A stretch of DNA of 64,000 nucleotides from a virus (lineage: Duplodnaviria > Caudoviricetes), in the IMG/VR virus record IMGVR_UViG_3300033121_002239, positions 1 through 64,000 of that record; one strand, written 5' to 3'. Below are positions 51,522 to 60,187 of this stretch, one piece after another. The notes below the pieces were generated by a model. It was not told where the DNA came from, did not search any database, and worked only from the letters and a program-made list of their open reading frames with translations. Each line of letters opens with the position of its first letter. The stretch's first letter is position 1. The translations under genes were made by a program, and so were the position numbers.

Positions 51522-52328
51522 ATGCGGTTGCCGCTCTCCTGCCTCTTCCTCGCCCTCACGCTCGCCGCCTGTTCGTCCGATCACGCCGCGCCCCCGCCAC
51601 CCACCGACGCGGGCCCCGAGGTCGGCGGAGACGTACTGATTCTGCCCGACGTGGGGACGGACACGGGCACGGACACCGGGGCGGACCTCGGCGACGTCGA
51701 CGCGGGCCTCGGGGACGTGGCGACCGATCAGGAGCTCCCGCTCGACGCAGGCCCCGAGACGAGCACCCCCGACGCGGGCGGTGAGGATCGGGTGGACGTC
51801 GGCGGCCCGCTCGACGTGCCCGAGGACCGGCCGCAGCTCCCGACGGACACCGGGTCGGACACGGGCGGGGACGTCGGGGTCGACGTCGTCGCCGATCGAC
51901 CGACGTGCACCGAGGGAACGACCGAGTGTTCGAACGCGACGACGATGCGGGTGTGCCGGGGCGGGAGCTGGACGTCGATCGCGTGCGGGCGCTCGGCGAG
52001 CGGGACGCAGGAGGTGTGCACCGCGAGTTCGCGCGCGTGCGGCCTCGCGTCGCCCCCCTGCACGGCCGACGCGCAGTGCGGCTACGGGTACGTGGCCTGC
52101 GTCGCCGCCGTGTGCCTCTGGCGGGGGACGGTGGCCTGCACCGACGACCTCGCGTGCGAGGACGTGTACGGGGCGGGGGCGCCGTTCCGGTGCGTCGCCG
52201 CGACGTTCCACGGCCAGGCCGTGCGGGTCTGCCAGGAGATGAGCTACGCGCCGCGGCCGTGCGTGCTCGATCGCCAGTGCCCGACCGGCAGGCGGTGCGA
52301 GGTCGCGACGGGCCTGTGCGTGCGGTGA
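51522..52328 (+). CDS. Cys-rich lipoprotein 3 (lacks the N-terminal 6-Cys domain)
   Basis: MRLPLSCLFLALTLAAC lipobox; the 18-Cys C-domain aligns with lipoproteins 1 and 2. Confidence 0.85.
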   Translation: MRLPLSCLFLALTLAACSSDHAAPPPPTDAGPEVGGDVLILPDVGTDTGTDTGADLGDVDAGLGDVATDQELPLDAGPETSTPDAGGEDRVDVGGPLDVPEDRPQLPTDTGSDTGGDVGVDVVADRPTCTEGTTECSNATTMRVCRGGSWTSIACGRSASGTQEVCTASSRACGLASPPCTADAQCGYGYVACVAAVCLWRGTVACTDDLACEDVYGAGAPFRCVAATFHGQAVRVCQEMSYAPRPCVLDRQCPTGRRCEVATGLCVR

Positions 52329-52329
52329 G

Positions 52330-52974
52330 CTACGGCAGGAGGAGGTCGTCGGCGCCCTCGGTGATCGTCCCGTCGCACTGGACGGGCGCGGTCGTGGTGA
52401 GGGTGGCGGGGCTTCCGCCGACGGTGCCCGTGAAGGTGGTGCCGAGGGGGATCGTGACGCGGACGGCGTGACCCTCGCGCGCCGCGCGGTGCGCGCCGCC
52501 CTTGATCGTCACCACCTTTGCGTCGAGCGTGAGGTCGTCGAGGTCGAGCGTGACGGGCTTCTCCGTCGAGACCTCGAGGTCGCCGTGCTCCTTCTCCAGC
52601 ACCTTCACGCTGCGGCCGCGCACGAGGAGACTCTTGGCCGGGTAGCGGTCGCGCGTCGCGCGGGTCGAGGACTTCACGTCGGGATCGACCTCGGCGGCGA
52701 GCATCGGCCCCGCCATCCACACGGGCCGCTCCGGGTCGCCGTCGAGGAACATCACCGCGACCGTCGCGCCGACCTCGGGCACGAGGAAGGTGCCGCGCGC
52801 GACGCGGGCGTCCTTCCCGTACGACTGCCCGATCGCGGGCACCCACGCGGGGAGCGGACGCGTCTGGTGGATCGCCGGGACGAGGATCTTCAGACGCCCG
52901 CGCTGTTCGGGGTCGGCGCGGTCGCGCACCGTCCCGAGCGTCACGCCGAACCGACGGGGGCCTTCTTCACCCAT
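52330..52974 (-). CDS. Baseplate central spike gpV/gp5 (OB-fold)
   Basis: GTVRDRADPEQRGRLKILVP...GTFLVPEVGATVAVMFLDGDPERPVWM; C-terminal AAREGH.V...GTITEG. Confidence 0.88.
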   Translation of the reverse strand: MGEEGPRRFGVTLGTVRDRADPEQRGRLKILVPAIHQTRPLPAWVPAIGQSYGKDARVARGTFLVPEVGATVAVMFLDGDPERPVWMAGPMLAAEVDPDVKSSTRATRDRYPAKSLLVRGRSVKVLEKEHGDLEVSTEKPVTLDLDDLTLDAKVVTIKGGAHRAAREGHAVRVTIPLGTTFTGTVGGSPATLTTTAPVQCDGTITEGADDLLLP

Positions 52975-53737
52975 GGTGTTCGTCCTTCTGCCCCTTCGGA
53001 CGGCCGTCGACCAACCGCACGGGCCCCGGGCGGCCGAGGAGCGGGCGGAGCGTGCGGATCGCGGCCCAGACGACCTTATGGATGGCCTGGCGCGAGACGC
53101 CCCGCCGCTCGCCGATCTCCTTGCGGCTCTTGCCGCTCAGAAACATCTTCAGGACCTCGCGCTGCGGTTCGGTGAGGAGACCCGGCGTCTCGACGAGTGC
53201 GAGGAGCCGCCGGCCGCCGCACGTCTTGAGGAGCGACCGCCACCGATCGTCCGTCTCGGTGCCCGCGAAGGGGTTCTCGGGCTCGTCGGCCCACTCCGCC
53301 GGGATCGTGAGAAACGCCTCGTCGTGCCCGCCGCCGGTCATCAGCGCCGGGGAGGAGACCTCGTTGTAGGCGCGCACCTCTTCGGGCGGCAGGAGCCGCG
53401 TGAGGAGCTGGCACGGCGCGCGGCAGGTGGGGCGCTCACGACACCCCTCGCAGGGCTTCGTCGGGTCGGGGCCGCCACGATCCACGCGCGCGAGCGGGAG
53501 GCGCGGGCGCGTCGGGGGGCGGCGCCACGCGAGGAGGTCGCCCTGTTCGGGGACGCGGTGCGCGTCGAGGTAATCCTTCAGCCACGCACCGAGGCCGAGG
53601 ACGACGACCGTCCGCACGACCTCCCGGCGCTTCGAGCGGCGAAGGGGGCGTGCGGCCGTCTCGACCGCCTCGGGCGCGACGACGAACCACCCGAAGTACG
53701 CCTGACTCGTTGTGGGCGCGCGTCGCATCGGCGTCAT
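52967..53737 (-). CDS. Cys-cluster plus sigma70 region-4/LuxR-type HTH protein; candidate late activator
   Basis: CEGCRERPTCRAPC; LTEPQREVLKMFLSGKSRKEIGERRGVSRQAIHKVV; last regulator of the replication operon. Confidence 0.7.
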   Translation of the reverse strand: MTPMRRAPTTSQAYFGWFVVAPEAVETAARPLRRSKRREVVRTVVVLGLGAWLKDYLDAHRVPEQGDLLAWRRPPTRPRLPLARVDRGGPDPTKPCEGCRERPTCRAPCQLLTRLLPPEEVRAYNEVSSPALMTGGGHDEAFLTIPAEWADEPENPFAGTETDDRWRSLLKTCGGRRLLALVETPGLLTEPQREVLKMFLSGKSRKEIGERRGVSRQAIHKVVWAAIRTLRPLLGRPGPVRLVDGRPKGQKDEHHG

Positions 53738-54459
53738 CTCCCCTCCAGAAACGGCACGAGGTACGAGGGGCCTCGGGCGGGCCACGCGGCGAGCTCCTTC
53801 GGGCCGACCGAAAGAGGACCGCCGCGCACCGAGGTCCAGAGCGTGTCGAGCACCGTCCAGGGGACGGCGAAGCGGAGCGGGCCCGCGGCGCGCTCGAACT
53901 CGACCACCACGAGGACGAGGGCCGCGGCGCACTGCGCGTAGCGCGTGAGCGCGTCGCGTTGGTGGCGCGCGATCCCCGCGCGGTCGATCGTGCCGTCAGG
54001 GCGCTCGCGGTCGCGGTGCAGGCGCCCGGCGCGGTGCTTGGCCTCGATCACGAGCATGCGGTCGCGCGTCGCGCCGAGGTAGTCCGGGGGGGCGGTGCCC
54101 GAGATCGCCGCGAGGAGTCGCCCCCGGCCGTCGAACTGCACGCGCCCGCCCTCAACGTGAGGCTCCGACGGGGCGCCGATCTTCTCGATGACCAGGGCGT
54201 GCCCGTGCTCGATCGCGTACCGATGCTGCGCAGCGCACCACGCCTCGAAGGACTCGCCTGCGGCGTGCGCCGCCGCCCCGTGCGCCGCGTGCTCGGCACG
54301 GGCCGCGAGCGCGCGGTCGAGCGCGGGGAGCTCGGAGGGCGGCACGGCCGCGCGGCGGAGCGTGTCGAGCGGGTTCTCGCGCGCGGGGGCATGCACAAGA
54401 TGGGCGTTGCGCTCGCGGAGGGAGGGCGGCAGGCTTTCGAAGAGCTCCCGCGGCTTCAT
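53734..54459 (-). CDS. RecU-like Holliday junction resolvase (PD-(D/E)xK)
   Basis: GESFE...PDYLG...LVIEAKH...ARHQRDAL. Confidence 0.7.
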   Translation of the reverse strand: MKPRELFESLPPSLRERNAHLVHAPARENPLDTLRRAAVPPSELPALDRALAARAEHAAHGAAAHAAGESFEAWCAAQHRYAIEHGHALVIEKIGAPSEPHVEGGRVQFDGRGRLLAAISGTAPPDYLGATRDRMLVIEAKHRAGRLHRDRERPDGTIDRAGIARHQRDALTRYAQCAAALVLVVVEFERAAGPLRFAVPWTVLDTLWTSVRGGPLSVGPKELAAWPARGPSYLVPFLEGR

Positions 54460-54562
54460 CGGTCACCTCGGGGGGAGGCGACGGCCGGGACGCACGCGCG
54501 GGCGCGCGCAACCGACGCGTGGCGCGCGGGCAGAGAAGGGTAGTGTCGGTCCTCGGGAAGCA

Positions 54563-54778
54563 TCAGGGGAGGGTCTCGGGCACCTCCTTTCGGGCGCGGG
54601 CGACGCGCTCCTCGCGGAGCCGCACGTCGATCGCCGCGCCGTCGTCGATGCGCCGACGCACCTCGACACGGTCGACGCCGAGCGCGCGCGCGAGCTGGCC
54701 CTCGCTCACCGCCGCCACGTCGGTCACGCGGAAGAGGAGCCAGTCCAGGGCCTCGCGCTCGGTGAGGGCGTCGCTCAC
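54563..54778 (-). CDS. Small HTH-like protein
   Basis: VSEGQLARALGVDRVEVRRR; GTGA-coupled. Confidence 0.45.
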   Translation of the reverse strand: MSDALTEREALDWLLFRVTDVAAVSEGQLARALGVDRVEVRRRIDDGAAIDVRLREERVARARKEVPETLP

Positions 54779-55695
54779 GCCGCCGCCTCGCGCTCCGCCT
54801 TCGGCGCCGTGGCCGCCACGCCGAGGAGCGAGAGCTGATTCTTCTGCACCTTGAGCTCGTCGCCGACGTTCCGCGCCGCGGTGAGGTGGTACTCGGGCTT
54901 GAGCTCGGTGCCGACGTACCGCCGACCGCGCTTCGCGCAGACGACGCCGGTCGAGCCGACGCCGCCGAAGGGGTCGAACACGAGGTCGCCGGGGTTCGAC
55001 CAGAGCACCACGCAGCGGTCGATCGCCCAGAGCTGGAGCGGGCAGACGTGCTTCGTGTCGTCGGGCGCGCCCGTGCCGCGCACCTGAAGCACGTCCGTCT
55101 CCGACCCGCGCCACGTCCCGCGCGCCCACTCGATCCACTGCTCCTCGGTGATCTCGCCGCGCTCGAACGACGTGATCGGCGGGCGCTCCCCCTCCTTCTG
55201 GAACACGTAGAGGTAGTCGTTGCGGATCGGGAAGCACGCGCCCGTGTCCGACCGCAACGTCTTGAACTGAATGCTGTGAAGGTTCATGCGCGCGGCGACG
55301 GCCTGCGCGTCCTTCTCGATCGCGATCTTCGCGCGCAGGTGAAACCCGACGGCCTCCATCGCTTCGTGCAGGCGCCCACCGAGGTCCTTCAACCCCATGT
55401 AGCCGTCCTTCACCTGCCACGCGATGAGGTCGGTCCAGTGCAGGACCACCACGCCGCCCGGGGCCATGACGCGGTGGAGCTGCTCACAGAAGAACCGCCA
55501 CGCGAGGTTGAAGCCCTGGGGGCGGTTGTTCCCCATGTCGCCCGCGTCGTTCGAGTAGCAGAAGAACTCATCGAAGGGCGGCGACGTGATCGTCTCGGCG
55601 ATGGAGCCCTCCCCCATCGCGGCCATGGCTTCGATCGTGTCGGCGTGGACGAGCGTGTGGTCGGGGCTCGTCACCGGGTCATGCAGCGCGCTCAC
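54775..55695 (-). CDS. DNA N4-cytosine/N6-adenine methyltransferase (beta class)
   Basis: Catalytic ITSPPF precedes SAM-binding VFDPFGGVGST; HVCPLQL; RBS GGAGG before GTG. Confidence 0.88.
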   Translation of the reverse strand: MSALHDPVTSPDHTLVHADTIEAMAAMGEGSIAETITSPPFDEFFCYSNDAGDMGNNRPQGFNLAWRFFCEQLHRVMAPGGVVVLHWTDLIAWQVKDGYMGLKDLGGRLHEAMEAVGFHLRAKIAIEKDAQAVAARMNLHSIQFKTLRSDTGACFPIRNDYLYVFQKEGERPPITSFERGEITEEQWIEWARGTWRGSETDVLQVRGTGAPDDTKHVCPLQLWAIDRCVVLWSNPGDLVFDPFGGVGSTGVVCAKRGRRYVGTELKPEYHLTAARNVGDELKVQKNQLSLLGVAATAPKAEREAAA

Positions 55696-57433
55696 TCTTT
55701 GCCTCCGTGTCGTTGAAGGGGCGGAGCCGTGCAAGGGCCGTGCGATCGGCCCGCGAGAGCTGGTGCTGGGTGCGGTGCCCGGCCTCGGCGCCGACGCCCC
55801 GCCACGCGTCGAGGTCGGCGGTCATCGCCGCGCGGTACGCATGCTCCATCGCGTCGGCGTCGGTGATCCACGTCGCGCGCTTCTGGCGGACGTTCGCGAG
55901 CGGCGCGGCTTCGAGCGGCGTCACCACGTAGTAGCAGTAGACGGTCTTCTCCTGGCCGTCGCGCCACACGCGGCTGAACGCCTGGTGGTCTTGCTCGAAG
56001 CTGTCGTTGATGCCCGAGAAGACCACGACGTTCGCGCCCTGCAGGTTCACCCCGAACCCGAGCGAGGCGGCCTTCGCGACGAGCGCGTCGATCGACCCGG
56101 CGTTGAGGGCCTCGAGGGCCTCGTACTGCGCGGCCTCGTCCGTGTCGGCGGTGATCTCGGCGACCTTCACGCCCCGCGACCGGAGGGCCTGGGTGAGGAG
56201 CGCCGACTCCTCGTTGTACTCGACCCAGACCACGGCGCGGTCGCCCTGCGCGGCGTGGCGCGCGACGAGTTCGGCCACCGCCTCGGGCTTGCGCGAGGGC
56301 ACGCGCTGCACCGTGCGGACCTTCTTGCCCTTCGGCCCGGTCACGGTCTCGTAGAGGAAGCCGCGGGCGACCTGGGAGAGCTTCGTCTGCGTCGCGACCC
56401 CGACCGAATCGTGGAAGAGCTCGGTCTGCCCGCGCCGCTTCGAGGCCGCGCGGATCTCGCGGGCGATCTTCTCCTGCTCCGGCGTGAGCTGCACCTCCAC
56501 GTCGGCGAACACGGGCGGGGGGATGGGCTTGAGGCGCGGCGCGAACCCGTACACCGACGGGTCGCGGATCCAGATCGACCAGCTCGCCATGAAGGCGTAG
56601 AACGCCTGCTTCGCGTGCGGCCGCAGGACCCAGCCGAGGTCTTCGGCCGAGTCGAAGAAGTCCGCGAAGAACTCCTTGTGGTGGGCGACGGCGCCCACGA
56701 GGAGGGCCTGCGCGGCGTACTCCCGCACCTCGTTCGGGGCAGGCGTGGCGGTGCAGCCGAGGCGGTATTCGAGCGGCTTGAAGGCCGCGAGGACGTGCTT
56801 CCAGAGCGTGCCCCCGGCCTGCTTGATCTTCGAGGACTCGTCGAGCGCGGCGCCCCCGAGCTTCGAAAGGTCCTGGGGCTTGCGGAAGAGGTCGATGTTG
56901 ACGATCCCGAGCGCGGGCGCGTCCGGGTCGTCGATCCAGGCGCGGAGCCCGCCCTTCCAGTCGAGGAGGTTCGCGGGGGCGGGCGCGTCGGGCCAGAACT
57001 TCCGGTACTCCCCGAGGAGCGGGAGGACGACCGACTTCGGCGCGATCACGAGGACCTTCTTCGACGTGCGCTTCGCCACCTGCCGCGCCCACGTCCAGAG
57101 GCAGGGGCTCTTGCCGAACCCACACCGCCCGAAGAGGTCGAAGCAGCGGCGGCGCAGGGCGACGTCGACCACGTAGCGCTGGTCGGGGTAGAGGAAGGGC
57201 GCCTCGTCGTCGTCGAGGCCCCCCGCGAGCGCGCGCACGTCCACGCCGAGGCGGGCGAGGTCGGCGACGTGGCAGGTGAGCGTGCGGGCCTTGGCGTCCA
57301 CCTCGACGCGCGGGAGCGCCGCCTTGACCGCCAGGAAGGTCCGGTAGCTCTCGATCGACCAGTCGGGGAGCGCGAAGGTCGCGCGCGTGTCCGTGATCGT
57401 GAGCGCGGCGTTGCCGAAGGTCGGGAGCGTCAC
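55679..57433 (-). CDS. Superfamily II (SNF2-like) helicase
   Basis: GRCGFGKS, ALDESS, GCTATPAPN, GFGVNLQ, HQAFSRVWRDGQ. Confidence 0.85.
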   Translation of the reverse strand: MTLPTFGNAALTITDTRATFALPDWSIESYRTFLAVKAALPRVEVDAKARTLTCHVADLARLGVDVRALAGGLDDDEAPFLYPDQRYVVDVALRRRCFDLFGRCGFGKSPCLWTWARQVAKRTSKKVLVIAPKSVVLPLLGEYRKFWPDAPAPANLLDWKGGLRAWIDDPDAPALGIVNIDLFRKPQDLSKLGGAALDESSKIKQAGGTLWKHVLAAFKPLEYRLGCTATPAPNEVREYAAQALLVGAVAHHKEFFADFFDSAEDLGWVLRPHAKQAFYAFMASWSIWIRDPSVYGFAPRLKPIPPPVFADVEVQLTPEQEKIAREIRAASKRRGQTELFHDSVGVATQTKLSQVARGFLYETVTGPKGKKVRTVQRVPSRKPEAVAELVARHAAQGDRAVVWVEYNEESALLTQALRSRGVKVAEITADTDEAAQYEALEALNAGSIDALVAKAASLGFGVNLQGANVVVFSGINDSFEQDHQAFSRVWRDGQEKTVYCYYVVTPLEAAPLANVRQKRATWITDADAMEHAYRAAMTADLDAWRGVGAEAGHRTQHQLSRADRTALARLRPFNDTEAKSERAA

Positions 57434-57906
57434 GCCTCACCTCCGGGGGCGGTCGTCGTGGGGGTCGCGACCGAGTGTTCGAACGGCTCCTCCACCAGCA
57501 TCCGGTGATGTGGGATCGGGATGTAGAGCCACACGTGACCGGGCTTCGGAGGGTGCGCGAGCGTCGCCCGCGCTTCCGCGCACTCGGACCCATCGTCGAT
57601 CGCGGCGACCTCTTCGCGCAGCACGAAATCAATGGCGATCACCATCTGATCCGAGCCCGCGGGAATGCGCGGGTTGGGGCAGACGAGGAGCACGTGCGTG
57701 CGGTCGTACCCCTCGGCCGCCATCTTCCGCTTCGCGTCGAGGATCTTCGCGTCGAGCTCGACGCGAAGCGCGCTGAAGATCGCGTACGGGTTCTCGACCG
57801 CGGCGTCGCGGTACGCTTGTTCCTTCGACCGACGCTCGGCGATGCGCGCGCGAAGCGACGCGTGCACGCCGCCACGCCCGCGGATGGGGACCTTGGGGCG
57901 GCTCAC
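57430..57906 (-). CDS. Hypothetical protein
   Basis: GTGA-coupled in the replication operon. Confidence 0.55.
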   Translation of the reverse strand: MSRPKVPIRGRGGVHASLRARIAERRSKEQAYRDAAVENPYAIFSALRVELDAKILDAKRKMAAEGYDRTHVLLVCPNPRIPAGSDQMVIAIDFVLREEVAAIDDGSECAEARATLAHPPKPGHVWLYIPIPHHRMLVEEPFEHSVATPTTTAPGGEA

Positions 57907-58706
57907 GGCAGGCCCTCGAAGGTCTGGAGGTAGCCACGCACCTTTTCTTCGTCGAGCACGTCGCGTCCGGGGACGTGGAAGTCGTGGCTCGCCGGGACGC
58001 GGAGATTCGACTCGGCGTCGAAGGAGAGGCGCGCGAAGACGGCCTCGTCGAGGATGCCGTGGAGCACGCCAAGCACGGGCCGCGCGTCGGGGCCGAGTCC
58101 GCCCGCGACGCCGAGGCCCACGTGGCGCGTGTCCGCCTGAAGCTCGTTCAGGCGGATCTCGTCGGCGGTGTCCTCCACGGGGAAGGGGCGGCCCGTGCCG
58201 CGCGAGAGATCGAGGAGCAGGTGATCGATCGCGCGGCCGTAGTCCGCGAGGACCGCCCACGGGTTCAGGCCCGCGCTCTGGTACTGCGCGCGGGTCTCGC
58301 CCGACACTTGGAGCACGATCTCGACCCACGGGTGCAGCCGCCGGAACTCCTCGACGACCTCGACCGCGGGGCAGATGATGTTGAGCTGGAGCATCCGCAT
58401 CGCCGGGACGTGGTTCGCCAGCGCGACGAGCTCGGCCAGGAGGTCGCCGCCGTTCGTGCGGCTGTTGTAGTGGACGGCCGGGGTCACGATCGACTGCGCG
58501 AGCGCGGCGCAGAGGGCCTGTGCGTCCGCGAGTGAGGGGTAGCGCAGGCTCTCGACGCGCTGGCCGCCGAGCGTCTTCCGGCTCACGAGGACGGCGCCCA
58601 CGAGGCGCCGCGTGAGTACGGGGAACTCCTTGGCGAGGCTCCACAGAAGCGCCACGTCGGCCGTCGACGCGACCCCCGAGACGGCGAGATACGGTCGTCG
58701 TTTCAT
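57903..58706 (-). CDS. TIM-barrel protein (phosphoribosylanthranilate isomerase-like)
   Basis: LLLDLSRGTGRPF...LGVAGGLGPD...SFDAESNLR echoes the TrpF C-terminal strands. Confidence 0.55.
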   Translation of the reverse strand: MKRRPYLAVSGVASTADVALLWSLAKEFPVLTRRLVGAVLVSRKTLGGQRVESLRYPSLADAQALCAALAQSIVTPAVHYNSRTNGGDLLAELVALANHVPAMRMLQLNIICPAVEVVEEFRRLHPWVEIVLQVSGETRAQYQSAGLNPWAVLADYGRAIDHLLLDLSRGTGRPFPVEDTADEIRLNELQADTRHVGLGVAGGLGPDARPVLGVLHGILDEAVFARLSFDAESNLRVPASHDFHVPGRDVLDEEKVRGYLQTFEGLP

Positions 58707-60187
58707 GGGCTGTCCCCCCATTCAGTTTCGATGCCACCCGCGTCTTGCGGCGGCACCTCGGGGAACGCGTCGTCGGCCTCGGTCTCGTCCTCGTCCGTGC
58801 GACCGCCCATCGGGAGCTCGACCGCGAGGTCGGTGAAGCGCGTGTACTGCTTCACGAACGCGAGGCGCACGGTGTCGGTCGGGCCGCTCCGCTGCTTCGC
58901 GACGATGATCTCCGCGATGCCCTTGTCCTCGGTGTCCTTGTTGTAGATCTCGTCGCGGTAGACGAACATCACCACGTCGCTGTCTTGCTCCAGGCTCCCC
59001 GACTCGCGGAGGTCAGCGAGCATGGGGCGCTTGTTCTTCCCGGGCCGCGTCTCGCACCCGCGGTTGAGCTGCGCGAGGGCGAGGAAGGGGCATTTGAACT
59101 CCTTCGCGAAGCTCTTGATGGAGCGCGAGATCTCCGCCACCTCTTGCTCGCGGTTCGACTCCTTGCGGTCGAGCTTCGCGCGCATGAGCTGGAGGTAGTC
59201 GATCACGACCAGGCGCAGGCGCTTGTGCTTGAGGCGCATCCGGTAAAGGAGCGACCTCAGGTCGTGCAGCCACTCCACCTTGTCGTGGACGTAGATCGGG
59301 AGCTGCGCGAGCGCGTTGGCCGACGACGTAACACGGTCCATGACCTCGCTTGAGAGCGAGCGCGGGTGCTTGAGCGCCGACTCGGTGACGCCCGCGAGCT
59401 GCGAGACGGCCTTGCGGTTGATCTCCTTGCGCGGCATCTCGACCGACACGAAGAGGCACACGCCCTCCTCGTCCCGCGCGTGGAGGTCCTGGCCCGCCGC
59501 GACCAGCATCCCGAGGGCGAGGCTGGTCTTCCCCATCCCAGGGCGCGCGGCGATCGTGATCATCTGCCCGTCGCCGAGGCCCCCGAGGAGCTTGTCGAGG
59601 CTCTTCGAACCCGTGGTGCGCCCGGTCGTCTCGAGCGCCGCGTCCTCCCCGAGCGAGTCGGTGAACTCCTCCATGCCCGCGCGCATGGACACCGCCTCTT
59701 CGAGCGTGGCCCGCTCGGTGAGCGCCTTCTCGATCGCCGCGGCCTCCTTCACCACGTCCTCGTAGCTGCCCTGCGCGCTCGCGTAGAGCGTGCGGAGCGC
59801 GGCGCGCTGCACCCGGCGGACGGACGCGGTGCGGAGGAGGTCCTCGACCCACTGCTCCGCCCACACGCCCGTCGCCGCCTTCGCGACGAGTTCGTGGAGG
59901 AACCGCGCGCCCCCGACGGCGCTGTAGGCCCCGGCCTCGCGGAGCGCCGACGACACCGACTCCAGCGTGAGCGTCACGCCCGCCGCGCAGAGCCGCGCCG
60001 AGACCTCCCACACCTTCGCGATGCGCGCGTCGTGAAAGTCCTCGTCGAGGATTCGCCCGACGCACCTCGGCCACACCTCCCCCGGGCGGTCGAGGAGTGA
60101 CCCGGCCAGGGCCTCCTCGACCTCTTGATCCCACCGCGGCGGGATGAGGTCCGCGAGGGCGTCGATGCGATCGACCGACGCGCTCAC
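58703..60187 (-). CDS. dnaB: Replicative DNA helicase DnaB
   Basis: IAARPGMGKT, VVIDYLQL, NREQEVAEISRSIK, LAQLNRG.E.R..KRPMLADLRESGSLEQDSD, IIVAKQRSGP. Confidence 0.96.
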   Translation of the reverse strand: MSASVDRIDALADLIPPRWDQEVEEALAGSLLDRPGEVWPRCVGRILDEDFHDARIAKVWEVSARLCAAGVTLTLESVSSALREAGAYSAVGGARFLHELVAKAATGVWAEQWVEDLLRTASVRRVQRAALRTLYASAQGSYEDVVKEAAAIEKALTERATLEEAVSMRAGMEEFTDSLGEDAALETTGRTTGSKSLDKLLGGLGDGQMITIAARPGMGKTSLALGMLVAAGQDLHARDEEGVCLFVSVEMPRKEINRKAVSQLAGVTESALKHPRSLSSEVMDRVTSSANALAQLPIYVHDKVEWLHDLRSLLYRMRLKHKRLRLVVIDYLQLMRAKLDRKESNREQEVAEISRSIKSFAKEFKCPFLALAQLNRGCETRPGKNKRPMLADLRESGSLEQDSDVVMFVYRDEIYNKDTEDKGIAEIIVAKQRSGPTDTVRLAFVKQYTRFTDLAVELPMGGRTDEDETEADDAFPEVPPQDAGGIETEWGDSP

